Shown: in pieces, positions 30,572 to 39,437 of the stretch
Position numbering within the stretch: position 1 is the first letter of the stretch
Layout: each line of letters begins with the position of its first letter
Source of the DNA: Candidatus Fervidifonticultor secundus
GTDB taxonomy: Bacteria > Sysuimicrobiota > Sysuimicrobiia > Sysuimicrobiales > Humicultoraceae
DNA length: 64,000 nt
Reading direction: 5' to 3'
Assembly: GCA_031459385.1 (NCBI GenBank)
Contig: JAVKIP010000009.1
Span: 1-64,000 of the forward strand
Program-made: the position numbers and the translations under genes
The notes under the pieces: generated by a model
Told to the model about the DNA's origin: nothing
The model's database searches: none
What the model saw: the letters and a program-made list of their open reading frames with translations, nothing else

Positions 30572-32653
30572 TCAGACATCGGCGAACTCGACGATGATGT
30601 TCAGGCGCGCGTCCACCCGCGCCCGGCCCCGCGGGCCGACGACCAGCGTGGACTCGCGCTCCTCGACGATCGCGGGGCCCTGCACCACCGCGCCCGGCGC
30701 CAGCGCGTACCGGTCGAAGACCGGCGTGGGGACGAACCCGCCGGCCTCCGGGAAGTACACGGGGCGGTGTTCTTTGCGCGCCTGACCGCCCGCCGCGCGC
30801 GGCGCCGCCAGGTCGACCTCGGGCGACGGGCCGCTGCACGTCACCCGCCAGTGCATGACCTCCAGCGGCACGTCGGGCCCGGGCCGGCCGTAGCGCGCGG
30901 CGTAGGCACGCCGGAACGCCTCCGCGATGACGGTGCCGCTGCCCGCGCCGAGCCGCCCTGGGGGCAGCGGCACCGCCACCTCGTGGCCCTGGCCGACGTA
31001 GCGCATCTCCGCGAGGCGCTCGACGGTGAGGGCATCGGCCGGCGCGCCCGATCGGGTCAACAGCGCCCGCCCGTCGGCCGCCATCTCGTCGAGCACCGCG
31101 TTCACCCAGGCCCAGTCCAGGCCGTCGAGCCGTCCGTAGGCGCTGCGCGCGAAGTCGAAGGCCAGCGGTGCCGCCAGCAGCCCGATCGTCGAGCCCACCC
31201 CGGCGCCGAACGGCGCGATAACCGCCGGCAGGCGCAGGATCGTGGCCAAGTGGTAGGCGTGGACCGGCCCCGCCCCGCCGAAGGCGAACAGGGGCATCCG
31301 GCGCGGGTCGGCGCCGCGCTCGGCCAGGTGCGCGCGGGCGGCGTTGGCCATGTTCTCGTTGACGATCTGGTGGATGCCCCAGGCGGCGTCTTCGATGCTG
31401 AGGCCCAGCGGGCGCGCCACGCGCGCCAGCGCGCGGCGCGCGGCGTCGACGTCGAGACGCATGCGCCCGCCGAGGAAGTAGTCGGGGTTCAGGTAGCCGA
31501 GCACCAGATCGGCGTCGGTCACCGTGGGCTCCTGCCCGCCGCGGCCGTAGCATGCCGGCCCGGGCTCGGCGCCGGCGCTGTCGGGCCCTACCTTGAGCGT
31601 CCCCAGCGCCGAGGCGCGGGCGATGCTGCCGCCGCCTGCGCCGATCTCGATCATGTCGATGACGGGGATCTTGATCGGGAGGCCGCTGCCCCGGCGGAAG
31701 CGGTAGACGCGGTCGACTTCGAACTCGTGGACCTTGAGCGGGCGCCCGCCGACCACGGCGCAGAGCTTGGCCGTGGTGCCGCCCATGTCGAACGACAGCA
31801 GGTCGGCGACGCCGGCGCGCCCGCCCAGGTACGCCGCGGCCAGCGCGCCGGCCGCCGGCCCCGACTCGAGCAGGCGCACGGGGAAGCGCGTGGCGGTCTC
31901 CACGGTGCCGATCCCCCCGCCAGAGAGCATGACGAAGACGTCGCAGGCGGCGCCGAGGCCGGCCAGCCGCCGCAGCAGCCCGGCCAGGTACGTCTCCACG
32001 CGCTCCTGGACGTAGACGTTGGCCGCCGTGGTGCTCATCCGCGGGTGCTCGCGGATCTCCGGCGCCACCTCGGCGCCGAGCGAGACCCGGATCTCCGGCG
32101 CGACCTCGGCGAAGATCTCGGCCGTGCGGCGCTCGTGCCGGGGGTGCCGGAAGCCGTGCAGGTAGCAGATGGCGACGGCGCGCACGCCCTTCGCCCGCAG
32201 TTCGGCGGCCAGCCGACGCACGTAGGCCTCGTCCAGAGGCTGCAGCACCGTCCCGTCGGCCGCCACGCGCTCGGGGACGTCGAAGCGCAGGTACCGCGGG
32301 ACCAGCGGGCGGGGCGCCTCCAGATCGAGATCGTAGAGGTCGAAGCGGTGCTCGCGGCCGATCTCCACGGCGTCGCGGAATCCCGCGGTGGTCAGCAGGG
32401 CGGTCAGGGGCCCCTTGCGCTCGATGAGGGCGTTGGTCACCAGGGTCGTGCCGTGCACCAGCACCCCCCGCGCGCCCGGGGCGATCGTCCCGACCGCTAC
32501 GAGGGGCCGCAGCTCCGCCTCCACGGCCTCGCTGGGATCATCCGGCGTGCTCAGCGTCTTGCCGATCACCACGCCGCCGTCGGCGCCCAGCAGCAGCAGG
32601 TCGGTGAAGGTGCCGCCGATGTCGACGCCGACGCGGTAGGGCGAGGCCGTCAT
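30572..32653 (-). CDS. Hydantoinase A / 5-oxoprolinase family subunit (ATP-binding)
   Basis: GVDIGGTFTD, HGTT..TNA, TTAGFRD, ESGPAAG, DMGGTT, IGAGGGSIA, VGP.SAGA.PGPACY, TDAD.VLG, FGGAGP.H. Confidence 0.93.
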   Translation of the reverse strand: MTASPYRVGVDIGGTFTDLLLLGADGGVVIGKTLSTPDDPSEAVEAELRPLVAVGTIAPGARGVLVHGTTLVTNALIERKGPLTALLTTAGFRDAVEIGREHRFDLYDLDLEAPRPLVPRYLRFDVPERVAADGTVLQPLDEAYVRRLAAELRAKGVRAVAICYLHGFRHPRHERRTAEIFAEVAPEIRVSLGAEVAPEIREHPRMSTTAANVYVQERVETYLAGLLRRLAGLGAACDVFVMLSGGGIGTVETATRFPVRLLESGPAAGALAAAYLGGRAGVADLLSFDMGGTTAKLCAVVGGRPLKVHEFEVDRVYRFRRGSGLPIKIPVIDMIEIGAGGGSIARASALGTLKVGPDSAGAEPGPACYGRGGQEPTVTDADLVLGYLNPDYFLGGRMRLDVDAARRALARVARPLGLSIEDAAWGIHQIVNENMANAARAHLAERGADPRRMPLFAFGGAGPVHAYHLATILRLPAVIAPFGAGVGSTIGLLAAPLAFDFARSAYGRLDGLDWAWVNAVLDEMAADGRALLTRSGAPADALTVERLAEMRYVGQGHEVAVPLPPGRLGAGSGTVIAEAFRRAYAARYGRPGPDVPLEVMHWRVTCSGPSPEVDLAAPRAAGGQARKEHRPVYFPEAGGFVPTPVFDRYALAPGAVVQGPAIVEERESTLVVGPRGRARVDARLNIIVEFADV

Positions 32654-32684
32654 GCGGGGCTCCGCCGCGTCATGCGGGGCTCCG
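32648..32684. repeat. 17-bp direct repeat, period 20, covering the hydantoinase A start region
   Basis: cgtcatgcggggctccg at 32648-32664 and 32668-32684. Confidence 0.75.
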
Positions 32685-32698
32685 GCGCGCACAGGTCG

Positions 32699-33580
32699 TC
32701 ATTCCCGGAACCCCGCCGGCGGCCCGCTCTGGCGCCACAGGTCGAAGACGACCGGCTGGCGGCGGGCCTCGTGGTCCTCGTCGTCGGCGATCGTCTCCAT
32801 CTCGCAGAAGAACTCCACGCGCACGCCGTTCGGGTCGCGCACGTAGACAGCGATGTTGTTGCCGGCCGCGTGCCGCACCGGCCCCACCTCCACCGGCCAG
32901 CCCTGGGCGGCCAGCCCGTCCATCACCGCCTTGATGCTGCTCCACCCGCCGACATCGTAGGCGTGGTGGTGCAGCAGGGGCCGGTCGTACTTGAGGAACC
33001 CCACGGCGTGGTGCTCGGTCCCGCAGCGCAGGAAGGCCTGCACGCCCGGGACCCAGTCGGAGACGCGGAAGCCGATGGCGCGGAAGAACGCCAGGTCGTC
33101 GTCGGGGGCCGGGCTCATGCGGGTGACGTGCGCGAGGCGCAGCCGCGGCGCCGGCCCCTCGGGGACCAGCACCGGCAGCCGCGCCGTGGCACGGTAGACC
33201 TCGTTCCACATCCCCAGCGGGTCCTGGAACTGGAAGGCGGCGCCCAGCCGGCCGGGCTCGTCGGGCGCCGCGCGCACGGGCACACCCCGCGCCCGCAGCG
33301 CGGCCGCCAGGGCCAGGGTGGCGTCGTCGCTGTCGGTCTCCCAGCCCAGGTGCAGGACGCCGGGCCGGTCGGACGGATGGAGCTCCAGGCAGTGGTGCTC
33401 GAACTGCGCCCGCAGGTAGACGCTGCCCTCGGCCTCCTCCGCCACTGCCAGCCGCACGGCGCGCGTGTAGAACTCCACGGCGCGGGCGAGGTCGGGCACG
33501 CGCAGCGCCAGGTGGCCCAGGCGCACGATGCGCCGGGGCGGCCGCGCGCGGTCGTCGCCGGCGGACGTCGGTGTCGTCAT
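32699..33580 (-). CDS. VOC-family extradiol ring-cleavage dioxygenase (catechol 2,3-dioxygenase-like)
   Basis: Two VOC modules; RLAH, EHHAV, LHHHAY, GPVRH...N..Y.RDP.G.RVE provide the His/His/Glu metal ligands and catalytic His/Tyr. Confidence 0.85.
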   Translation of the reverse strand: MTTPTSAGDDRARPPRRIVRLGHLALRVPDLARAVEFYTRAVRLAVAEEAEGSVYLRAQFEHHCLELHPSDRPGVLHLGWETDSDDATLALAAALRARGVPVRAAPDEPGRLGAAFQFQDPLGMWNEVYRATARLPVLVPEGPAPRLRLAHVTRMSPAPDDDLAFFRAIGFRVSDWVPGVQAFLRCGTEHHAVGFLKYDRPLLHHHAYDVGGWSSIKAVMDGLAAQGWPVEVGPVRHAAGNNIAVYVRDPNGVRVEFFCEMETIADDEDHEARRQPVVFDLWRQSGPPAGFRE

Positions 33581-33646
33581 CCCCGTGGCGTCGTCATCGT
33601 CGTGACCGTGGCCCGGCGTCGTGATCCCCGTGGCGTCGTCATCGTC
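33573..33646. repeat. 29-bp direct repeat (1 mismatch), period 45, covering the VOC start region
   Basis: gtcgt(c/g)atccccgtggcgtcgtcatcgtc at 33573-33601 and 33618-33646. Confidence 0.8.
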
Positions 33647-33658
33647 CCGGACGGCCCG

Positions 33659-34675
33659 TCAGGCGGGATGTCGGCCCACGAAGAACCGGTCGTCGGGGTC
33701 CGGCGTCACCTCCAGCCCCGACTGCACTGCCCCCTCGCGCAGCAGCCGCATCTGCCCCGCGTTGAGCCGCATGTGCGGCATGCGGATCGGCCCGCCATTG
33801 AACCCGTTCAGCCAGTCCATGTACTTCCAGGCCAGCCGGTGCACCAGGGACGCGCCCCCCAGGGTGGCGCGCAGCGCCTGGTAGGCCTCCCGGCACGGCT
33901 GCAGCTGCCAGTACAGCGCCATCGCGTCCTCCCAGCGGCCGTCGTGCATGAGCCGGAACAGCTTCGGGATCCGGTCGCCGAAGTAGTTGTAGTAGCTGGT
34001 GCCCAGCCACTGCATCCCGTACGCGTCCACCCACGCCGGTGCGTTGTGCTCGAAGGGGTCGGTGACGACCAGCAGGTGACCCAGGCGCTTCTGGACTTCC
34101 ACCATGCCGCCCGTCCCCGGATGGCCGCACTCGTACTTGAGGGCTACCACAGTGTCGAGCTGCGCCATGCGCACCAGCGCCTCGGGGGGGAACGCCGAGG
34201 GATGCAGGCGGCGGAAGCCCCAGAACCCGATGGCGAACAGGATGATGGCCAGGTCGGTGCTGCGGCTCACCGCCTCGGTGTACGCCACGAGCTCGTCGAC
34301 GGTCCGGGGGTAGAACGTGAGCGGGTACGACAGCAGCACCGCCGTGCAGCCGTGCGCCTCGGCGAACCGGCACATCTCGATCACGTCGTCGACGGTGTCG
34401 AACGACCCGTGCAGGACCAGGTGATACCCCGTCGGGACCTCGGCAGCCGCCAGCTCGATGAACTGCCGCATCTCGTCCCGCGTGGCGCCACACTCTGAGG
34501 CGAGCAGCGAACCCCAGAAACCGCACTGCACCGACCGCCGGAGGTCGTGGCGGATCGCCGCAGGGTTGAGCCGGCGCAGGTCGCCGGTGAACGTCGGCAT
34601 GACGACGTTGCACACCCCGCGCATCTGCGCCCGGGCCCACGCCTTGGCCTCGTGGCGGCGGTACGGCAGTCCCAC
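33659..34675 (-). CDS. DHDPS/NAL-family lyase, hydratase-aldolase type (NahE/PhdG-like)
   Basis: Y.R.EAK.WA...MRGV.NV..PTF, AIRHD.R.....GF.G.L..SECG, Schiff-base VALKYE, NGFNGGP.R.P. Confidence 0.8.
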   Translation of the reverse strand: MGLPYRRHEAKAWARAQMRGVCNVVMPTFTGDLRRLNPAAIRHDLRRSVQCGFWGSLLASECGATRDEMRQFIELAAAEVPTGYHLVLHGSFDTVDDVIEMCRFAEAHGCTAVLLSYPLTFYPRTVDELVAYTEAVSRSTDLAIILFAIGFWGFRRLHPSAFPPEALVRMAQLDTVVALKYECGHPGTGGMVEVQKRLGHLLVVTDPFEHNAPAWVDAYGMQWLGTSYYNYFGDRIPKLFRLMHDGRWEDAMALYWQLQPCREAYQALRATLGGASLVHRLAWKYMDWLNGFNGGPIRMPHMRLNAGQMRLLREGAVQSGLEVTPDPDDRFFVGRHPA

Positions 34676-34680
34676 GGGCG

Positions 34681-35391
34681 CTATCGCGCCGCCGCGTCCG
34701 GCGCGCCCGCGCGCGCCGCGGCCAGCGGCCGCGGCGCGCGGTCCAGGCGCCGCGCCAGGAAGCGACGGGTGCGTACGATGTGCTCGCGGACCAGCACCGA
34801 CGCCTCGGCAGCGTCGCCGCGGGCCAGGGCGGCCAGGAGCGCGCGGTGCTCCAGGTTGGCCGAGCGCATCCGGGGCTGCGTGCCGGCCACCGACTGGATG
34901 AAGCGGTCGATGGGCATCCGCACCGCGTCCAGGAGCTTGGGCAGGAGCGGGTTGCCCGCCAGCTCGGCGATCTCCTGGTGGAAGCGCCGGTCGAGGTCTA
35001 GCCACGCCTCGGCGCGCTGTTCGCGTGCCATGGCCTCCACCAGGCCACCCAGCCGGACCGCCGCGGCCTCCGGCCGCTGCGCGGCGCGCCGCGCCGCCAG
35101 CGTCTCCAGCGTCGTCCGCACGACCCACAGGTCGTCGAGATCCTCGGGGCCCAGGGGCGTCACCACCGCGTGCTGGTAGGGCGTGAGCCGGAGGATGCCG
35201 GCCGCCTCCAGCTGCCGGAACGCCTCGCGCACGACAGCGCGGCTCACGCCCAGCTCGCGCGCCAGCGCGAACTGGTTGAGGGCCGCGCCCATGGGCAGGC
35301 GGCCGGCCGCCATGCGCTCCCGCAGGTCGGCGGCCACCATCTCCGCCAGCGTCCGGCGGTCGCGGAGCCGATCGAACGTCACAGGCGACAC
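34681..35391 (-). CDS. GntR family regulator (FadR/FCD type)
   Basis: LA..V...LR.....G.L..G..L....LA..LGVSR..VREA...LE..G; FCD D..FH..I...AGN..L, EH..L..AL..GD. Confidence 0.9.
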   Translation of the reverse strand: MSPVTFDRLRDRRTLAEMVAADLRERMAAGRLPMGAALNQFALARELGVSRAVVREAFRQLEAAGILRLTPYQHAVVTPLGPEDLDDLWVVRTTLETLAARRAAQRPEAAAVRLGGLVEAMAREQRAEAWLDLDRRFHQEIAELAGNPLLPKLLDAVRMPIDRFIQSVAGTQPRMRSANLEHRALLAALARGDAAEASVLVREHIVRTRRFLARRLDRAPRPLAAARAGAPDAAAR

Positions 35392-35417
35392 CGCTCCCTC
35401 TCCCCTCGCGCGCCGCG

Positions 35418-36269
35418 TCAGCGGATCGCTACCAGCGTCACTTCCCGCTCCCAGAAGATCAGGCGGTTGCGCAGCGCGGCCAGGACGCGGTCCATGACGA
35501 AGCCGATGACCGCCACGATCGCCACGCTGGCGAAGACCCGGGCCTGCAGCAGCGACGCCGACGAGTACAGGATCAGCCAGCCCAGCCCCTCGGTGGAGCT
35601 GACCATCTCGGTCAGGATGGTGATGATGAAAGCGATCGGCAGCGCGATCCGGAGCCCCGCGAAGACGTGCGGGGCTGCCGCCGGCGCCATGACCTTCCAG
35701 ATGATCTGCCCGCGGGTGGCGCCCATGTTCTGCGCCGACCAGATGTAGAGGCGGTCGACGCTGCGGACCCCGTAGTACGTGTGCACCGCGATGGGGTAGA
35801 GGCACTCCAGCACGATGAGCACCACCTTGGAGAGATGCCCGATGCCGAAGAGGAAGATGAAGATCGGGTAGAGGGCGATGCGCGGCACCGGGTACCCGAA
35901 GGAGAACAGCGGCTCGACGGCCCGGCCGAACCGGGGCAGGCGGCTCATGGCGATGCCGAGCGGCACGCCCAGCACGACCGCCACTCCGAACCCGGCCACG
36001 ACCCGCGTCAGGGAGGCACCCGCGTGCAGCCCCAGCTGGGGACTCTGCGCCAGCAGCACCGCCTGCTCGGCGATGGCCCCGACGGTGGGGAAGAGCCGCG
36101 GGTTCACCAGGCCCGAGCGCGCCACCAGGTCCCACAGCACCAGGACGGTCGCCACCGGAACGACCCCCGCGAGCCCCCGCAGCACGGCGCCCAGGCCCCG
36201 CCGCGCGGGGCCGTCTGCGGGCGCGGCCAGCCCCCCCGACACCGCGATCACGGCTGGCTCCTTACGCAT
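35418..36269 (-). CDS. NitT/TauT/SsuC-type ABC permease
   Basis: SL.RV..GF, P...F.YPVP.IAL.P....FGIG, A..MGA.R, F.GLRIA, EM.....GLG. Confidence 0.9.
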   Translation of the reverse strand: MRKEPAVIAVSGGLAAPADGPARRGLGAVLRGLAGVVPVATVLVLWDLVARSGLVNPRLFPTVGAIAEQAVLLAQSPQLGLHAGASLTRVVAGFGVAVVLGVPLGIAMSRLPRFGRAVEPLFSFGYPVPRIALYPIFIFLFGIGHLSKVVLIVLECLYPIAVHTYYGVRSVDRLYIWSAQNMGATRGQIIWKVMAPAAAPHVFAGLRIALPIAFIITILTEMVSSTEGLGWLILYSSASLLQARVFASVAIVAVIGFVMDRVLAALRNRLIFWEREVTLVAIR

Positions 36270-37026
36270 GGGGCGTCTCCTCGCGCAGCAGGTAGCCGGC
36301 CAGCAACCGGCGCCGCACCCGGAGCAGCAGCCGGTCGGCGCCGAACCCCAGCGCCGCGATGGCCACGATCGCCGCGAACATCAGGTCGGTGCGGCCGCCG
36401 GCGTCGGCGCTGAGAATCAGGAACCCCAGGCCGAGCCGGTTGGACGAGCCCACCAGCTCCGAGGCCAGCACCAGGATGAACGCCAGCGCGAGCGCCACGC
36501 GCAGGCCGCTGAAGATGTGCACCGCGGCGCCGGGCACCAGGACCCGCAGGAAGATCCGTGCCCGGCTCGCTCCCATGTTCTGCGCCGCCCAGACCCACAG
36601 CGGGTCCACCGCGCGGATGCCGTAGAGGGCCGCGATGTAGCAGGGGAAGAAGCACGACAGGGCGATCAGCAGGATCTTGGAGACGTCGCTGATGCCGAAC
36701 CAGACCATGAGCACCGGCAGGAACGCCACCTTCGGCACCGGGTAGGTCAGCGACACCAGGGGCTCGGTGAACCCGGCCACCGGCCGCAGGGCCCCGGCGG
36801 CCAGCCCGAGTGCGATGCCCAGGCCCGCGCCCAGCGTGAGCCCGGCCAGCGACCGGTAGAGGCTCACAGCGCTGTGCACGGCCAGCTCGCCCGTGCGGAC
36901 CAGCGCGACCACCTCGCGGGCGACCGCCGCCGGGCTGGAGAGGTACCCGGGCAGGGTGCCGGCGGCGGCCATCGCCTGCCAGAGCGCCAGCAGGCCGGCC
37001 AGCAGCAGCAGCGCCTCGCGCGTCAC
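36262..37026 (-). CDS. NitT/TauT/SsuC-type ABC permease
   Basis: YPVPKVAFLP....WFGI.D.SK, AAQNMGASR, IFSGLRVA, SELVG. Confidence 0.9.
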   Translation of the reverse strand: MTREALLLLAGLLALWQAMAAAGTLPGYLSSPAAVAREVVALVRTGELAVHSAVSLYRSLAGLTLGAGLGIALGLAAGALRPVAGFTEPLVSLTYPVPKVAFLPVLMVWFGISDVSKILLIALSCFFPCYIAALYGIRAVDPLWVWAAQNMGASRARIFLRVLVPGAAVHIFSGLRVALALAFILVLASELVGSSNRLGLGFLILSADAGGRTDLMFAAIVAIAALGFGADRLLLRVRRRLLAGYLLREETPHA

Positions 37027-37045
37027 GATGCCCCCGCCCCGGCGG

Positions 37046-37897
37046 TCACGGTGCCTCCCCGGTCTCGTCCCGCAGCTTCAGGACCTCCTCCCGCAGCAGG
37101 TCCCAGACCTGATTGCGGCGCTCGAGGAACGCCTGGCTCTTCTTGATCTCCAGCCGGCGGGGCCGCGGCAGGCGCACGGGCACCTCGACCTTGATGCGGC
37201 CGGGTCGGGCCGAGAAGACCACCACGCGGTCGCCAAGATAGACCGCCTCCTCGACGTCGTGCGTGACGAACAGGACCGTCTTCCCGGTCTCCAGCCAGAT
37301 GCGCTGCAGCTCTTCCTGCATCAGCTCCCGTGTCTGCGCATCGAGGGCGCCGAACGGCTCGTCCATCAACAGCACAGCCGGGTCGAAGGCGAGCACCCGG
37401 GCCAGGGCCACGCGCTGCTTCATGCCGCCCGACAGTTCGGCCGGAAACGCGTCCTTGAACGCCCGCAGGCCCACCAGGGCGAGGTAGCGCTCGGCGATCG
37501 CCAGACGCTCCGCGCGGGGCCGGCCCTGCGCCTCGAGGCCCCACACCACGTTGCCCAGCACCGTCCGCCACGGAAACAGCGCCAGCTCCTGGAACATAAC
37601 ACCGCGGTCGGGGCCCGGACCGGTCACTGCCCGGCCGGCGATCCGCATGGTGCCGCTGCTGGGCGCGACGAAGCCGCCCAACAGGTGGAGGAATGTGCTC
37701 TTCCCGCAGCCGCTGGGACCGACGATGGTCACGAACTCGCCGGAGGCCACCTGGAGCGACAGGTCCTCCAGCGCCGCCACCCGCCGCGGGCCCCGGACGA
37801 AGACCTTGGACAGGCCCCGCACGTCCACCAAGGCGCTGGCGCCCGCGGACGAGGGGACGCGCGACGGCTCGGCAGACACGGCGGCGGCTCCAGCCAC
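37046..37897 (-). CDS. NitT/TauT/SsuB-type ABC ATP-binding protein
   Basis: GPSGCGKST, FQE.ALFPW.TV, ELSGGMKQR, LLMDEPFGALDAQTR, FVTHD. Confidence 0.93.
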   Translation of the reverse strand: MAGAAAVSAEPSRVPSSAGASALVDVRGLSKVFVRGPRRVAALEDLSLQVASGEFVTIVGPSGCGKSTFLHLLGGFVAPSSGTMRIAGRAVTGPGPDRGVMFQELALFPWRTVLGNVVWGLEAQGRPRAERLAIAERYLALVGLRAFKDAFPAELSGGMKQRVALARVLAFDPAVLLMDEPFGALDAQTRELMQEELQRIWLETGKTVLFVTHDVEEAVYLGDRVVVFSARPGRIKVEVPVRLPRPRRLEIKKSQAFLERRNQVWDLLREEVLKLRDETGEAP

Positions 37898-37911
37898 CTC
37901 CGGGCGCGAGG

Positions 37912-38898
37912 CTAGTACGGCAGCATCGAGTTGTCCACGAGCCTGCGCACGTCCACCGGCTTCTGCTGCCAGCCCAGCTTCAGGTGCAGCTCCTGCATGC
38001 GCCGCAGGAAATCGAAAGAGATGCGCGCCGAGGGGTCACGGTACCAGTCCTGCATGTCGAAGTACACCGCCGGCGGAATGGCGACGAACCGCCGATCCAG
38101 CAGCGCCTGCCGCGCTTCCCGCGGATTGGCCAGGTACCACCGCGTCGCCGCCACGAAGTCGCGCAGGAACGCCCGGACCGCCTCGCGGTTGCGCTCGATG
38201 AACTCGGGGCGGAGAAAGATCACCAGCAGTTCCTCCTCGAAGGGCACGCCGGTCTTGGAGGTGTAGACGACGGTCACACCGCCGCGCACCTGCTCCAGGT
38301 GCGCGAACGGGTTGGGGAAGGCGCCCACGTCGATGCGCCGCGCGCGCAGCGCCTCGCCCATGGCCGGGAACGGCACGACCACGAAGCTCACGTCGCGGTT
38401 GGGATCGAGGCCGGATGCTTCCAGGGCGGCCCGCGACCAGAGTTCGGTGGCGGTCTTGAAGCCCACGATGCCGATGCGCCTGCCCCGCAGGTCGCGCGGG
38501 GTGCGGATGCCCGAGGCCTCCAGGGCCAGGAACGTGGTGTTGTGCCAGTTCCCGCCGGGCACCTCCTTGGAGATGCTCGCGACCAGCTTGAGCGGCACGC
38601 CCTGCTCGGCCGCGAACAGCGCCGTGGGGCCGGGGATCGTGCCGCCGTCGATCTGGCCCGCCTCGTAGGCGCGGAGGCGGTCGTCGCTGGCGCGGAAGGC
38701 GGTGAAGCGCAGCGTGTAGAGCCTGCCCTGGTTCGGGGTGATGTCCGGCCTGGCCGCCATCAGCCAGAACTGCTCTTCGGCGGCGAAGCCGTGTCCCAGG
38801 CGAATCTCCACCGGACCCGCTGGCCCGGCCCGACCCGAGGTCCCCGCAGCCAGGATCCCGCACACTGCCAGCAACGTGCACACCGCAGCCAGCCTCAT
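37912..38898 (-). CDS. NitT/TauT/SsuA-type ABC substrate-binding protein
   Basis: Signal peptide; AG.IDG, SGI....DL.G..IG, GLD...DV...VPF..M..AL....ID; GGGGAGG RBS. Confidence 0.85.
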   Translation of the reverse strand: MRLAAVCTLLAVCGILAAGTSGRAGPAGPVEIRLGHGFAAEEQFWLMAARPDITPNQGRLYTLRFTAFRASDDRLRAYEAGQIDGGTIPGPTALFAAEQGVPLKLVASISKEVPGGNWHNTTFLALEASGIRTPRDLRGRRIGIVGFKTATELWSRAALEASGLDPNRDVSFVVVPFPAMGEALRARRIDVGAFPNPFAHLEQVRGGVTVVYTSKTGVPFEEELLVIFLRPEFIERNREAVRAFLRDFVAATRWYLANPREARQALLDRRFVAIPPAVYFDMQDWYRDPSARISFDFLRRMQELHLKLGWQQKPVDVRRLVDNSMLPY

Positions 38899-38976
38899 CG
38901 GCCCTCCCCCCTTCGCCCCTGCGCTGGAACGCGCGGCCATGCTGTCGCCGGAGGCTCTCCGGCCCGGCGGCCGGTT

Positions 38977-38988
38977 ACTGTATACAGT
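38977..38988. promoter_or_regulatory. Palindromic operator, candidate GntR site
   Basis: Perfect palindrome ACTGTATACAGT ~80 nt upstream of the first gene of the GntR-containing cluster; TGT-N2-ACA core fits GntR-family sites. Confidence 0.55.
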
Positions 38989-39016
38989 TCGACAGTTTGA
39001 TGGCCGACGGCGCTTT

Positions 39017-39088
39017 TCCTCCATGAGACGGCAGGACGTCTGACCCCTGCCGTCTGGGGGCATACCCCCGGTGACGACACCTGGAGGA
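39017..39088 (+). promoter_or_regulatory. Structured 5' leader (multi-branch junction) sequestering the SD of the 54-aa gene
   Basis: TCCTCCA (39017-23) pairs with TGGAGGA (39082-88), enclosing AGACGGCAGG/CCTGCCGTCT, GGGGG/CCCCC and GGTG/CACC hairpins. Confidence 0.5.
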
Positions 39089-39092
39089 CGGG

Positions 39093-39257
39093 ATGACCGC
39101 AACGTACAACCTGCTGCTCATCAGCCTGGCCGGCATGGCCATCGGGTGGATCCTGGCCCTGCGCGCCCTGACCGAACTGGGGCCCTGGGGTCCGCTGGCC
39201 GGCCTGGCCTTTCTCGGGCTGGTCATCGCCGGCCTGATCCGCGCTGCAGAGGTCTAG
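39093..39257 (+). CDS. Small two-helix membrane protein (54 aa), absent from the ORF track
   Basis: GGAGG RBS, ATG...TAG; MTATYNLLLISLAGMAIGWILALRALTELGPWGPLAGLAFLGLVIAGLIRAAEV; GC3-rich codons. Confidence 0.75.
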   Translation: MTATYNLLLISLAGMAIGWILALRALTELGPWGPLAGLAFLGLVIAGLIRAAEV

Positions 39258-39402
39258 CCTGGCGCCGGCTGGCCGCCGGGGCGGTCGGCGTCCCGGGCAC
39301 GCGCCGGGTTCGGGCTGAGCCGATCCCGGACGCGCCTCCTGATCTCTACATTCCAGCCCACGCTTTCCAGCCCACGCTGGCAGGACTGTACCCCACGATC
39401 GC

Positions 39403-39416
39403 CGAACTGCTGTTCG
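39403..39416. promoter_or_regulatory. LexA/SOS box (Gram-positive GAAC-N4-GTTC type)
   Basis: CGAAC-TGCT-GTTCG ~21 nt before a DNA-repair helicase start. Confidence 0.75.
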
Positions 39417-39437
39417 TATGTCTGTCGCGGTGCCACA

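Noticed and set aside
30560..34498. 1312-aa plus-strand ORF, and similar long ORFs such as 5867..9184, 26901..29945 and 47673..50549
   Set aside because: Antisense or off-frame shadows of well-supported genes; stop codons are rare at this GC content; no recognisable motifs
38977..38996. E. coli-type SOS box (CTGT-N8-ACAG)
   Set aside because: Spacing is wrong, and this genome shows the GAAC-N4-GTTC type at 39403; better explained as a GntR operator
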